Assembly: GCF_006345805.1 (NCBI RefSeq)
Contig: NC_042997.1
Coordinates: 41,850,001-41,914,000 of the forward strand
Direction: 5' to 3'
Length of the DNA: 64,000 bases
Source of the DNA: Octopus sinensis
Lineage: Eukaryota
The first letter of the stretch is position 1, and every line of letters starts with the position of its first letter. A program made the translations under genes and the position numbers. Under the pieces are notes generated by a model that was not told the origin of the DNA, made no database searches, and saw only the letters and a list, made by a program, of their open reading frames with translations. Shown here one piece after another: positions 1-13,218 of the stretch.

Positions 1-113
1 TTTCAGGTTCAGTCCCACTGTGTGGTACCTTAGGCAAGTATCCTCTACAATAGCCCCAAGTCGACCAAAGCCTATGAGTGAATTTGTTAGCCAGAAACGG
101 AAAGGAGCCTGTC

Positions 114-158
<45 letters not shown>

Positions 159-410
159 ATAGACAGACAGGTGTGTCCCTCTCCCGGTCTTGAAAACATA
201 TGATTGTTGTCAATGAATGCCATTCCTTTCCAAAATTCTGTGAAAGCATATCTAGCCAGGTCTAGCAGAAACATTACCTTGCTTGGAAACAAGTACAGGT
301 TGGCAGCAGGAAGGGCATCCAGCTGTAGAAAATCTGCCTCAATAAATTTTGTCCAATCCATGCAAATGCAAGCATGGAAAAGTGGATGTTAAAATGACGA
401 TAAAATTGAA
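1..410 (+). mobile_element. SINE with family-A head and alternative (GAT)n-type tail; starts before the window
   Basis: A-head/CORE-like part, (TG)n, then ggaagggcatccagctgtagaaaa...gcatggaaaagtggatgttaaaatgacgat. Confidence 0.75.
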
Positions 411-434
411 ACAAAAATTTGACCAACATTCTTG

Positions 435-560
435 GTGGTGATTTGGCAGAGTCATTACAACATTGGGCAAAATCTGGCATTTATTCTAGCACTTAGCATT
501 CTGAGTTCAAATCTAACTGAGGTCAACTTTGATTTTTATTCTTCCAGGGTCAATAAATGA
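435..560 (+). mobile_element. SINE family B, partial
   Basis: ttggcagagtcatta ... ttctgagttcaaat ... gaggtcaactttg. Confidence 0.7.
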
Positions 561-869
561 ACGTCTTCTTTCAATATTTGTTTGAGCTCTTTGTATTCTG
601 ATTTTAAATTCTGCTGAGGCCTACCTGGATAGTAGACTTAATGTCACCCACATTAATGCCATCACCTGGTCCTTGAGCACCCTTAATGGAGTCTACTCTG
701 TTGCAAACATATGAACTAGGACCCCTGTTTGAGGATGACACCCTCCTTCCCTCCCACTCACCAGTCTTCAAGGCCTTGTAATAGGTCTTGGGTACTGCTT
801 TTCCTGCTAAGAAATAAAAAAAGATACAGAAAATTCTGACAGATTTATCACAATGAAAGAAAGCCTTAC

Positions 870-996
870 CTCAACACAAGCATACTCTTTGAAGACAGGT
901 AAATACTCCTGCAGGCTAAGTATTTCCAACCAAGAGTGTATATCCAAGTGTTTACCAACCATTACTTTATTTTTATGGCGCCGTTGTAGCACCAAT
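870..996 (-). CDS. Coding exon (127 nt) for the N-terminal part of a SAM-like domain: (R)LVLQRRHKNKVMVGKHLDIHSWLEILSLQEYLPVFKEYACVE
   Basis: Minus strand reads ttttattttcctttttacag|ATTGG...GTTGAG|gtaaggc, a strong acceptor and donor around an open frame. The pattern W-L-x2-L-x-L-x2-Y-x3-F matches SAM helices 1-2. An internal ATG (GTAATGG) has good Kozak context. Gene identity not established. Confidence 0.75.
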
Positions 997-1191
997 CTGT
1001 AAAAAGGAAAATAAAATGTCTAAATTTATTTGTATTTTATGAAACATTTAAAAATATTAGAGTCTGTAAGGTTAAAAACAAAATAGTAATTTCATCACAA
1101 ATCACTTCCAATAATCCCTCATTTGTCCCTTTTTTTGTTTTTCTTGTTTTTGGTTTTCAAATTTCAAAGGCAAAATTTTAAGCATATTTAA

Positions 1192-1410
1192 CCCTTTAGT
1201 ATTTAAACCGGCCATATCCGGCCAAAATAGTTAATCTGTTTTATGTTCAAACTGACCAGATCCAGGCTCTCACACCTACCCTTCAATGTTATTCTACATT
1301 AAGTAATTACACCATCAAGATCTTGAAGATATGAGATAATGCACGATTAATTCAAATCAATGGGAATCAATAGGCATTATGTTTGATGGAATAATCTGAA
1401 CACTAAAGGG
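1192..1410. mobile_element. piggyBac-type MITE (about 220 bp)
   Basis: TTAA|CCCTTTAG ... CTAAAGGG|TTAA. Confidence 0.85.
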
Positions 1411-1509
1411 TTAATTGGTTGATGCTTAATTCCAATCAATCAATTTTACCAAATACAAATTATTGAGCCAATGTTTCTGATCTGTCAGAAATAATAGCTA
1501 AATCTCCCT

Positions 1510-1963
1510 GTACCTCTGAAAAACCTAAACCTTGTATATAATACGCACCCCTTCTCTAACTTGAGTCGTGCGTGATTAAGACAGCAGCACCTAGTCGAAC
1601 AAACACTTCTGCACAAGCGTAATACAATAATGGTGATGTTCTTAACTGTTATATGGGAATGTAAATATGTTTGCAAATTGTTTTTGTTACATGTTGATCT
1701 GTGTTCTTTTATTTTAATAAATGTTGCTTACAGCAAGTTATGGATTATTCTTTTATGACTTCATTGCTTTCAGGCTTAGCTCAAGATATTTTGGTGCCCA
1801 ACACCACAAAATGCATCTGAATAAACATTGCCGGACAGCAAATAGAGACTCGGACATTACTTAGAAAATATTTTTCATTTTTAACCTAGTATATAGTACG
1901 CACTAGGGATTTTGACCTTTAAATTTTGGGAAAGAAATGTGGATTATACTCAAGGATTTATGG
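1510..1963. mobile_element. Tc2/pogo-like MITE, left end missing, different interior
   Basis: Shares both flanking segments and the right TIR (ggattatactcaaggatttatgg|ta) with the other two copies. Confidence 0.8.
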
Positions 1964-3170
1964 TACATACACAAACATATACATGCATATGTATATATCA
2001 GCAAAAGGATATAAGCAGCAGTAAGGAACAGAAAAAAGAAAGATAAAAACGCAAGTGACACGCCTTTGTTACTCTGGCTGTGAAGTCAAAAATACAGTGA
2101 ACCGATGATTGATCTACAGGAAACCTGTAACCAATGATGCTGTAGTTTATATATTGCAATATAAAGTATATAAATACAGAATATGCCTCTCCTTGCAGTG
2201 CACAACATTATCTTTATTTGACTAATTTAATTACTGCAACATCTGGTTAATGTGCATATAAGTTTGTAGAACTAGTATTTTATCTGAACATCAAATAAGT
2301 CTAATATCGTCTTGTAATAATCCAACAGGTAGAGGCTGTTATCAGTGTTGTTCATATATTGGCAATCTGTTGCAGAGAGTAGCTTTATGAGATATTTTAT
2401 TCTAAACGAATCATCTACATGGTGCATTGCAATGCAGAGATTCTGGGAAGATAAATAAACACCACTACTGCTGCCTCCAAAGTCTGCATTTGATGGTTGT
2501 TTTTGTTGTTATTTTTGTTGTTGCTGGTAAGCTCTTGTTCCAACTGTGACTATTTTATTTATTTATTTTTTAGATATAGTATATCATTTTCAGATATAGC
2601 ATTTCAATTTCTTTCATTTTTTTGTTTAAGAATAGAAGAGCATGTTTTGAATTTGAGGGTATAAGTTGTTTTTAGTTTGTCAAGCAGTCACATAAAGGTT
2701 CCTTAATTGTTATTTGTATTTTTGTTTGTTTTTTTATTATACCTGAATAGGAATCATTAAGATCCTTTCTGCTTCTCTTGGATCATTTACCTTTTTCTGA
2801 CCCTATTTCTGTGGAAATAAATCCTCTTTATTTCAATTAATTTTGAAAATACTGAAGAGTATTAAGATAAGATTGCCAATATATGAACAACACTGATAGC
2901 AGCCTCTACCTGTTGGATTATTACAAGTAAGACAATATTAGACTTATTTGATGTTCAGATAAAATACTAGTTCTACAAACTTATATGCACATTAGCCTGG
3001 TGTTGCAGTAATTAAATTAGTCAATTATAAAGCACTTGAGCAAAGCAATAATTTTATGAGATATACATTTATCTTTTTGATAACCAACCCACCCAGAACA
3101 ACCTTGGTTCTAGAATACAAACTTGCAGTTTTAAAATCATTTAGAGTAAAATTTTCCATTAAAATTTCAT

Positions 3171-3388
3171 ACTCTTTTACTCTCTTTTACTTGTTTCAGT
3201 CATTTGACTGCGGCCATGCTGGAGCAGCGCCTTTAGTTGAGCAAATCGACCCCGGGACTTATTCTTTGTAAGCCCAGTACTTATTCTATCGGTCTCTTTT
3301 GCCGAACCGCTAAGTGACGGGGACGTAAACACACCAGCATCGGTTATCAAGCAATACTAGGGGGACAACCACAGACACACAAACACAT

Positions 3389-3439
<51 letters not shown>

Positions 3440-3604
3440 TACGACAGGCTTCTTTCAGTTTTCGTCTACCAAATCCACTCACAAGGCATTGGTCGGCCCG
3501 GGGCTATAGCAGAAGACACTTGCCCAAGATGCCACGCAGTGGGACTGAACCCAGAACCATGTGGTTGGTTAGCAAGCTACTTACTACACAGCCACTCCTG
3601 CGCC
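3171..3604 (-). mobile_element. tRNA-headed SINE family A, full length, young
   Basis: Head ggcgcaggagtggctgtg with A and B boxes, CORE-like cttgggcaagt, central (TA)n, tail gaaacaagtaaaagag. Confidence 0.9.
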
Positions 3605-6376
3605 TATGTTGATTTATATTCCAAACATGAGTTTAATAATGGCAATCTTATCTTAATACTCTTCACTATTTTCAAAATTAATTGAAAAAAAGAGGATAAG
3701 AAAAAGGTAAATGATCTAAGAAAACAGAAAGGATCTTAATGATTCATATTCAGGTATAATAAAAAACAAAAATACAAATAACAAAAAGCAACAAAAGTCC
3801 GAGGGACATTCACTGTAAATATTATTAGGTTGATGCTAGGTTTCAGACATAGTTCTTTGTCAGACATTAAAGGAAAGTCCAGAGGAGATTAGGAAGAGAA
3901 GGAAGAGAGGAGACAAAAAAGAGAAAGCTAGGAAAAATACCTGTTGGTTAGTTTCATATGTTTGACCTCTAATAAACTATTTGGCTAAATTTGCCTGAGG
4001 TCAGCAATGAAGGAAGTGTTGAAGATTCTATCAGCCAATATTTTAGAAAAGTATTGTGATTAAATTACAGGGTTTTATTTCCTTATCACTCCTTTGGTTC
4101 TATCTAACAACAATGGTTCCAATAGATGTGTCAGCTGTGTAAAGGTGGAACAATTTTCCACAAGACAAATATTGTAGATTTTAAAGGAAAAAATCCAGCC
4201 CACTTGCACATATATGGAAAATAGATATAAATCAATAAAAAAAAAAAGAAAACCACACACATTCTTTTAGTTGTTTCAGTCATTGAACCTCAGCCATACA
4301 GAAGTCCTGTTTTGAAGGGTTTAGATAATCAAATTGAACCCAGTGCTGATTATAGGTCTTGTATATTTATTGATCTATCTCTTTTGGTTGAAACTCTAAG
4401 TAATGGGGAGGGGCAAACAAACACCAGAATTGTCAAGCAATGAGAACTATATATACAACACCTGTGCATAAATATACACGTACAATAAAGTTGAAAGAAT
4501 AATTAATTCATGTTCCCTCAGATTATTCTACTAGCTGGTCACAAGGTGGAACTGCAGAGATAATGACCACATTCAACATGATTCTAACTAACTGATATAT
4601 ACACAGAGTTTCTATCAACCTGAGGCTACGAAAATACTCACCATGTTGTTGCAAAGTGAAATTCTTAGTACACAGCTATGCCTGCACAAAAGGGAGGCAA
4701 TGCAGACCTAATATAAAAATAAACGTGAACAACAAAACTGATTTTAATGGAAATCTTTCGCTTTCATAAGACAAAGCTTCAAGGTGGGTACACACATGCT
4801 ATATGCATAAATGCATATGCCTATAAATGTTATATGTAAATGAAACAGATTTGACACTCAACATATGAATGACACCTACTGTGTCAAAAAGTTATATATT
4901 TTCATTTGAATTGCAGTGATGTTAGGGAAAATTCTACCATCTCACATTGGATATGCATACATACATACATACAGGCATACAAACACATATACAAATATAG
5001 GTGCAGCTTTAGCTCTGTGGTTAAGAAGCTTGCTTCCCAGCCATGTGGCCCTACTGCATGGCGCCTAGAGCAATTGTCTGTTGTTATAGCCTCAGGTTGA
5101 CCAAAGCCTTGATTGGATTTGGTAGAAGGAAACTGAAAGAATTATGATGTGCATGCGTGTGTGTATTAGTGTCTGTCTCCACCACTGCTTGACTTAATGT
5201 GTACTAGGGTTGACTTGTTCAACTGGGTGCCCCAGCATGGCTACAGTTCAATGACTGAAACAAGTCAAAGATAAAAGACTAAAGAAGAGCCAAGAATATC
5301 AGCCCAGAACCGTTAGAGCATCAGATGAGTTACTTTCAGGGATCTGTTACAGCTTTTTAGAGATCTGTTTCCATTTTTCACATTTTGAGTTCTAATTTCC
5401 AAGGTGCAGAATTGGCAAGAGCAAATCACTCGACCACAGGATCACCCTGTCCAACCTGCCAGTGGCCAGTATAGACTGGCAGGCTCGCAGTCATCTTAGA
5501 CAGCCCAGCAATGGCATGATGACGTTTCATCAAGCTTTTGTTAGAAAATAATTGGATGGAAAGTGTATCTAAAACTACATTATATCAGGTGCCCTTTACT
5601 TTATCAAGATAGCAGAATGTGATTAGAGGGAGATCTGGTTGTTATTCATAGCATTTCATTGGCTCATATATGCATTCCATTATGGGACATGTTGTAAGAG
5701 TTGTTCTATATACTAAGACTGATTCAAAACACTTTATCCTTGCACAATACAAAATACATTAGACAATGAGAGAGCTTGTACATGGTCGCTTACTTTGTTA
5801 AGAATAGTAATGAAATCTCTTTTAAATCACACCCGATTGTTTTAAAAAGGAATGTCACACTGGATAATGTGATCCAAGGGACCTGGCAGAGACTTCCTTT
5901 AACATAAGCCTCCTTGAACAAGCTTGACCTTAGCTAAACAATAAGCACTGGTCTCTCCCCACCACCAAAAAAAAAATTTATTAAATAGATTTTAATTCTT
6001 CTAATTTAAAGAGAAATTCAAAAGATTTTCTAGCAATTCCCTATAGAAAATATTGGCATATATGTAATAGATTTGTTTGTGGAAAGTAGTAAATATTTTG
6101 TATTTAAATTAAGGTAACCAAGTAAAAAGACTGATTTAACAGTGTAAAATGAGAATGGTAAGGAAACTAGACATCTTATTCTTTGTCATACTGACAGCCA
6201 CCACAGTAATGTCTTCTCCTCTATGTCTTTGAGACTGCTTCAGACAGGTGTTGGAATAAACAGACATAGGGGAGTGGTTGTGATGGGAGAAAAAGTTAGA
6301 GTGTATGTGTGAGGGTACAAGATAAAGAGATAGAGTATGAGAATAAATAGTGAAGGTGAGAAATAGTGTGTGTGTG

Positions 6377-6413
<37 letters not shown>

Positions 6414-7164
6414 TGTGTGTGTGTGTGTGTGTGTGTAGCTAAACAAATGTCAAGGTGAGTTACATGAATGGAAGTAACATTCAAAAATTCAAACTATATC
6501 AAAGAAATTTAAAAAGTATGTTTAGAAAAAAATTAGTTTAAGCAAAGTAAATATTAAGGAAGTGTGTGTGTGTGTGTGTGTAAAGAGAGGAAAGATAAGA
6601 TTAAAATATAAACATTTGGAAATGAATCTAACAAAATAAAACCTTAGAAATCCTAAAAAGAATTCACCTCCTCCTCTAACAAATACCTCAACCACATTCA
6701 AAACTATAATTAATGTATTATGATTAATGAGGCCTTACCTCGATCTTGTTGCTTGCAACTCAGCTTTGAAGTAATTATAGCTCTATAAAATTGTGGTCTT
6801 TCTGATATAAATTATGGTTTTGATGGAATGTTAGAGAGATTTGGCACTAAAATGCAATGTAGCATTTATAGTACCATCATGCCACATGGTTTTGGCTAGT
6901 CACCAACTTTAGCTCCGGGAATAAGTTCAAATAAGTTTGCTCACTGTTTTCTGTAGAATGGACTAGGACTAATAAATGCATAATAAAAAGCTTTAACGCT
7001 TTGAAAGTTCATTGCCAAAATAATTATACAACATACATAGATAAACAAATATTGTTTTTAATAACATTTTGTCTAAAGTGGGAAAATTGTCTTCAGATGG
7101 GTAAATAAAATAATGCTATATGCACGCACATGTATGTGTGTATTTTTGTGTGTGTATCCGCCTC

Positions 7165-7432
7165 GACTGGCTTCTGTGCCGGTGGCACATAAAAAGCACC
7201 AACCGATCGTGGCCGATGCCAGACCCCCCCCTGGCACCTGTGCAGGTGGCACGTAAAAAGCACCCACTACACTCACGGAGTGGTTGGCGTTAGGAAGGGC
7301 ATCCAGCTGTAGAAACACTGCCAGATCAGACTGGAGCCTGGTGCAGCCCCTGGCTTCCCAGACCCCGGTCGAACTGTCCAACCCGTACTAGCGCGGAAAA
7401 CAGACGTTAAACGATGATGATGATGATGATGA
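7165..7432 (+). mobile_element. SINE family C ((GAT)n tail), young
   Basis: Duplicated ggtggcacgtaaaaagcacc module, aggaagggcatccagctgtagaaa, ends gttaaacgatgatgatg. Confidence 0.85.
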
Positions 7433-7795
7433 TATATATATATCAGGTCGCTCTTGAATGCTACTGGCATCATGTAATCTAGTACAACCTGTCATATGGT
7501 CGGGTCATCAGCAACTAAACTGGCAACCCCACCAGGCTTGCTTGGTGAGGAGGGTGTTGTTGGACACCCTGCGGAATGAAAAATAAGACCCGTAAAAGGG
7601 CAGATGAACTTCTGAACAGTCACAAAATGTCTAAATATCTATATACCTTTTTTTCTTATATATATATTTTTACTTTTAGATATATATATATATATTATTT
7701 TATATCTTTTAATTGCATATCTTTTACTTTTCTTTATACAATATTATTTATGTGATTCTTATTCACACATTGTACCTTTTTTATCTTTTTATATG

Positions 7796-7826
<31 letters not shown>

Positions 7827-7890
7827 ATATTTTTACTTTTATATACATATTTATATTTATTGCATACCTTTTGCTTTTTATTTTATTTAT

Positions 7891-10800
7891 GAGCGACTCC
7901 CCGTTGGTCACCGGAGTGATATAGAGTGTTTGAATGTTGGTTGGTATCTGGAATGGGATAGTTTACCTCATGGGCAGGTAGAAGCTCTTTAATTTTGTTT
8001 GGTAATCTACCTAAGAGAAGGAAATCTCTGAAATAAAACCTGAAGCCCTGGAAGCTCCTGGTTTTGTCAATTTCCATGTTACACTGGCGAAGGTCTTCTT
8101 GGGCCAATAGATGGGGTTAGCGCAGTGCATGCTTCACCCACTGAAAATTATTCATCTGCACAGGTACTTCCTGTACTTCAAATCTTAGTAAAATCATTGA
8201 ATTGGTTGGTTGGCAGAAACCTAAAAATACACTTGTAACTTACTCTAAAATGTCTCAAACAGATTCAGTAAATGGCAAAAAAAGGCTTGGGAATGTCAGG
8301 AGAACAGGTCTGGCTCAGCAGGTATCCCAGTGTATCACCAGCTGGACCCAGTCATCATCCTGCCACTGTGATCAAACAATCTTCAAGAAAAAGTAAAAAT
8401 AAACATCCTTTGAATTTTGGTTGTTGGAATGTGCACACACTTCTTGATGAAAATTTTAACAAGAGGCCAGAAAGGAGTTCTGCACTTATTGCATGTGAGC
8501 TTAAGAAATATTCCCTCGATATAGTTGCACTCTCTGAAACTTGTCTCTCTGGTGAGGGTCAAGTAAATGAACCTACTTATGGATATACTATCTTTTGGAG
8601 AGGCCTACCTAAGGGTCAGCATAGAGAATCTGGTGTTGGGTTTGCCCTCAAGAATACATTAGCATCCTCCATTGCAGAGCTTGCAAGTGGTATATCTGAG
8701 CGGATCATGTCATGCCGTATTAAACTAACAAAAGGCAGGTTTCTTACCGTTGTTAGTATTTATGCACCAACAATGTCCCATCCTGATGAAACTGTAGGAC
8801 AGTTTTATGATGATCTAAGACAATTATTGAGGAAAGTACCAATTTCTGACAAGCTGGTCATATTGGGAGATTTCAATGCAAGAGTTGGAAAGGACTATGT
8901 TTCATGGTCTGTTTTAGGTCAACATGGGATTGGAAAATGCTATAAAAATGGAGTAGCTCTTTTGACGTTTTGTACTGAGAATAGTCTGTTTAAGGAGAAA
9001 AATAAATATAAAACCACCTGGATGCACCCAAGATCTAAGCACTGGTATCACATAGATTATATTCTGATCAGAAAACGTGATATGAAAGATGTTTCTAGCG
9101 TTTGGGCGATGAGAGGGGCAGAGAGCTGGACTGACTATCATCTAGTGTGTGGAAAATAGATTTTACATAATGCCTAAAAATCGATAGTCTGGCCCTAAGG
9201 TATCCAAAAAATTAAATGTTGCAAAATTTAAATTATCAAGTAACTTGCAAAGATTCCACGATGCTATAGAAAGTATCAGGATGACCCAAACAATCTATGG
9301 GAAGATTTCAAAATAAAAGTATTTCAGGGTGCAAGTTCGTCAGGATTTAAATCACATAAGTCCAGTGATTGGTTCTCAGATCAGCAGAAATTCATGATCT
9401 ACTTTTAGAAAAACAAAACTTAGGCAATACACTTCTTTCTCAGTCCTTGAACCCCAACTCAAACGAAGCTTACAGAAAGCTGAAAGGGAAAGTGCAGACT
9501 GCTTTAAGGAAAATTAAACAGGAATGGTGGAATGATAGAATAAAAGGGGCACAAGAAGCAGCTGATAGAAATGATGCCAAGGGTTTGTACTCTTATGTTA
9601 AGGAGGTATATGGCTCAAAATCTTCTTCAATAGCTCCAGTGAGAACAGCAAATGGATGTTTGCTTTTGACTGACACCGTTTCTATTCATAAGTTCTGGGT
9701 AGAACATTTTTCTGCACTTTTGACTAGACCATCATCCACTGACATGAGAACGACAGAAAAAATTGAACACCTTCCAAATATAAAAGAGATGGCACTTGAA
9801 CCAACTCTAAATGACATTTATTTAGCTGTGAATAAGCTGAATAACAATAATAAGTCTCCAGGGTCTGATGGAATCTGTGCAGAAGTCTTGAAACCCTGAG
9901 GAGGGCATTTACATAAAATACTGAAGAACAGGGAATGTTTTTAATGTGACCAGACTGAAATTTAAAACAAAGGATTTACTTCACTCATTAGGGAACTTTT
10001 GTACGCTGACGATTGTGATATTGTCAGTCATTCTGAAACAGGTCTGCATTCTCTTGTATCTGTATTTGACTCAGCTTGTGATAATTTTGGCTTGACCATC
10101 AACTTGAAAAAAAAAAGAACAGTTGTCATGCATCAACCTGCATGTGGTGCTGTTTGTAACCCCCTAAAAGTTTTCTAAAGGGAAAGTTCGTCTACCTTGG
10201 AAGCTCTGTTCAAAATTATGGAAATCTTGATACAGAAATACAGTTGCAGACTCTAAGGGCAGCAAAAGCATTTGGTAGCTTGGAGTCACATGTTTGGTGC
10301 CAGCGATATATAAATAAGAATACAAAGCTGGCTCTTTACAAATCATTTGTCTTACCATCCTTGTTGTATTCCTGTGAAACTTGGACTTGTTATGAAAGGC
10401 ATTTTAAATTGTTAGAACAATTCCACAAAAAGTGCCTTCATCGCGTTTTAAAAATGAAATGGAGTTCTTTTACTCCAAACACAGATGTCCTTGCTTCTGC
10501 AGGCATCACTTCAATTAAAGCTATGATTTTGAGGAACCAATTGAGACGGTGTGGCCATATTGTTCAAATGGCAGATGAATGCATGCTGAAACGGCTGTTT
10601 TATGGTGAGCTTGCAGAGAGGAAACACTATCGGCGTAGACCTAAAGAAAGGTTTAAGGACAGCATAGGGAGTACTATGAAGTTACTATGAAGTCACTGGG
10701 AATGGTTCCAGATATAGAAATCCTTGCTTCGGATCGAGTTGGATGGCAAACAAAGGTCTGGAGTGGAGTGAAAGCATTTGAAGGGGCCAGGATAACACAA

Positions 10801-11200
10801 ATAAGGCTCAAAAGAGATCTAAGAAAGAATATAATGATCGGGAAGGTGAATGACAATGACCTTTTTGTGTGCACAGTCTGTGACAGACCATGCCTGTCAT
10901 TTGCTGGCCTCAAATCTCATTTGTGAACCCATGGAAAACAAACCTCCACCAACTATTCTGCCTATATGTCTGTGCACACCTTTGAATGCAGTGTATGCTA
11001 GAGACATTTTAAGATCCACAAAGAGCAGAACTTATCTGCAGCTCTTGGTGGTCTAAATCAGAGGTGCAATCTATGTGGATGTCTTTTCAGAACATTGGTT
11101 TAAAAAGCCATATCAGATGCCATGATGGTGCTAAGGTGTAGGTACAGGAAGTGGTCAAACTCTGCATAAGGAGTAGACAACCATACACACACACACACAT
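7891..11200 (+). mobile_element. RTE-clade (BovB-like) non-LTR retrotransposon, 5'UTR to 3' tail, decayed, with an internal RT deletion
   Basis: RTE-type 5'UTR motif (ctaagagaaggaaatctctga). APE endonuclease motifs (CWNVHTL, LSET, SIYAPT, LGDFNARVG, HIDYILIR), RT ELLYADD at 10002, LLYSCETWT, RRRPKERFKD, a terminal C2H2 finger and a (CA)n tail. Confidence 0.95.
8272..11125 (+). pseudogene. Broken endonuclease-reverse transcriptase ORF of the RTE element
   Basis: Fragments 8272-9159, 9369-9899, about 9925-10240, 10244-10690 and 10687-10926 are collinear pieces of one ORF separated by stops and frameshifts. Confidence 0.9.
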
Positions 11201-11236
11201 ATATAACTATAGAAAAATAATGATTTCATTATTATG

Positions 11237-11273
<37 letters not shown>

Positions 11274-11349
11274 AAATATTAGGGAATAAATCCAAATTTA
11301 CAGGGAAAAATCAGATTTAGGATTGAATCCAATTTTATAGTAAAATATT

Positions 11350-11697
11350 ATATTATATTAAATTAGAGATAAAACCACTATTAGGCAAATCAAACAATGA
11401 AAAACTTAAGCCAATACATAAAATTAATTAATTTATATTATTTTAAATATATATCAAAAGTATTAAAATTTAATAAAAGATAATGAGTAAAACACTACGA
11501 TCGTTTCATGGCTCGAATTATTACGAATTGGACAGCCATGAAACGATCGTAGTGTTTTACTCATTATATTTTATTAAATTTTAATACTTTTGATATATAT
11601 TTAAAATAATATAAATTAATTAATTTTATGTATTGGCTTAAGTTTTTCATTGTTTGATTTGCCTAATAGTGGTTTTATCTCTAATTTAATATAATAT
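11350..11697. repeat. Near-perfect long palindrome (about 164-bp arms, 20-nt spacer)
   Basis: 11350-11513 is the reverse complement of 11534-11697; I saw one mismatch (aaagataatg vs aaatataatg). Confidence 0.95.
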
Positions 11698-13169
11698 TTA
11701 TATATATATTACTTGTTTCAGTCATTAGACTGCAACCATGCTGGGACAATATCTTTGTAAAATGTCTTATTTTGTCAACCCCTGCACATTTGTAATACCC
11801 GTGTATACATTGTTCTAGTGTGAATGCATCCCTGTGCTAAATAGAAAAAAAATATTATTATTATTATTATTAATTGTTAGGAAAAACACCTTGCAGTATT
11901 TGTTTTAGCTCTTTAATTTCCAAGTTCAAATCACACAAAGATCAATTCTGATATGTTATCTTATTGATGATAGGGAAATGAAAAGCAGTCAAGTGTTGGA
12001 GTTTGATTTAACTGACCACAGTACTTAACCGGACAATTTTGAAGTGGGGGACTAAACCAGTCCCTTCAAAATTCCATCCTCCTCCTCCTCTCCGGCTAAT
12101 GCTGGGACCAATTAAATTTTGCTGGGATCCATAGAATTAAGTACCAGTCCAACACTAGGGATGATTCAATTATCTAGTACCCTCCTCCTAAATTACTTGC
12201 TTTGTGCCTAGAATACAAGCAATAATTACTTGTATTAGTTCTAATGACACTGTGAATTCAGACTTGTATAGTTGATAATATGTTGATAATATAAAATCTT
12301 CATTTTGATATCAACATTAATGATTTATGGAGCCAATGTTAGTCTTGCTTTATATTTGTTCTGCCTAACACTGATTCTGTCTCATTCTCTTTTGCTTCGT
12401 TCCCTCCTGTCCCTGATCCTCTCACATGGTATTCATAACCAAGGCAACTTCAGCCCTCATACATTTGTTTTACGTTGTTTTGCTATTTTCCCATGACCTT
12501 TGCAAGTCCTTAAGATCAATGTGACTTCAGTTTGAACTTCAGTAGGAGGAAATATGGATAGAGCAGGAATTCCAGAGCTTTACGGGTTGGGCAGAGGAGA
12601 GTGTTTAGTCCTAAGGCTATGAAGGTTAATAAAAATGGGATAAATGGTTGCACTGACTGGAGCTTGGGTGTTGGAGGTAGATGTAGATATTGGTGCAGGG
12701 GAAGGGGAACTCTTGTTTTTCATATATTGACTTTGTTTGTGAGTGTTTGTGGACAAATAGAGGAGGAGGAGAATAAGAAACCCCAGTAAATGAGTTGATA
12801 TTTATCCACAAAATCAGTTTTCTATGTTCTTTTACATTCTGAGTTCAAATCTTGCCGAGATGACTATCTTTCAACATCTTTGGGTCAATAAAAATAAGTA
12901 CCTGTTGATTCAACAGTACCTGCAAGCTGTTCCCCCTTGCAGGTATTTTGGCAGAGTTTCAGAATATCTCATGGCTCATAAGAAAAGAAAATGGTGGGGG
13001 TTTTCCCCTTCGTTTTTATGTATTACTATATTTCACACAACAATAATAATTATGATCTTTGAAACACATTTTTTCTATAAATTTCAATATTTTACATTTT
13101 TGCCCTCAACTTCCTTAACCTTTTCCTTACCAAAGAAGTATGGGGCATCTATTTCAAAACTTCACTATT

Positions 13170-13218
<49 letters not shown>

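Noticed and set aside
4630-4650. Strong minus-strand donor CATG|GTGAGT
   Set aside because: It lies within a decayed SINE head and has no matching acceptor nearby.
7891-7930. HDV-like ribozyme at the RTE 5' end
   Set aside because: An L3-like TCCCCGT is present, but the upstream P1/P2 strands are missing (T-rich flank) and P3 pairs poorly. A covariance-model search on the family consensus would settle it.
11250-11700. Hammerhead ribozyme in the palindrome
   Set aside because: GAAAC is present but no CTGANGA core at a compatible position.
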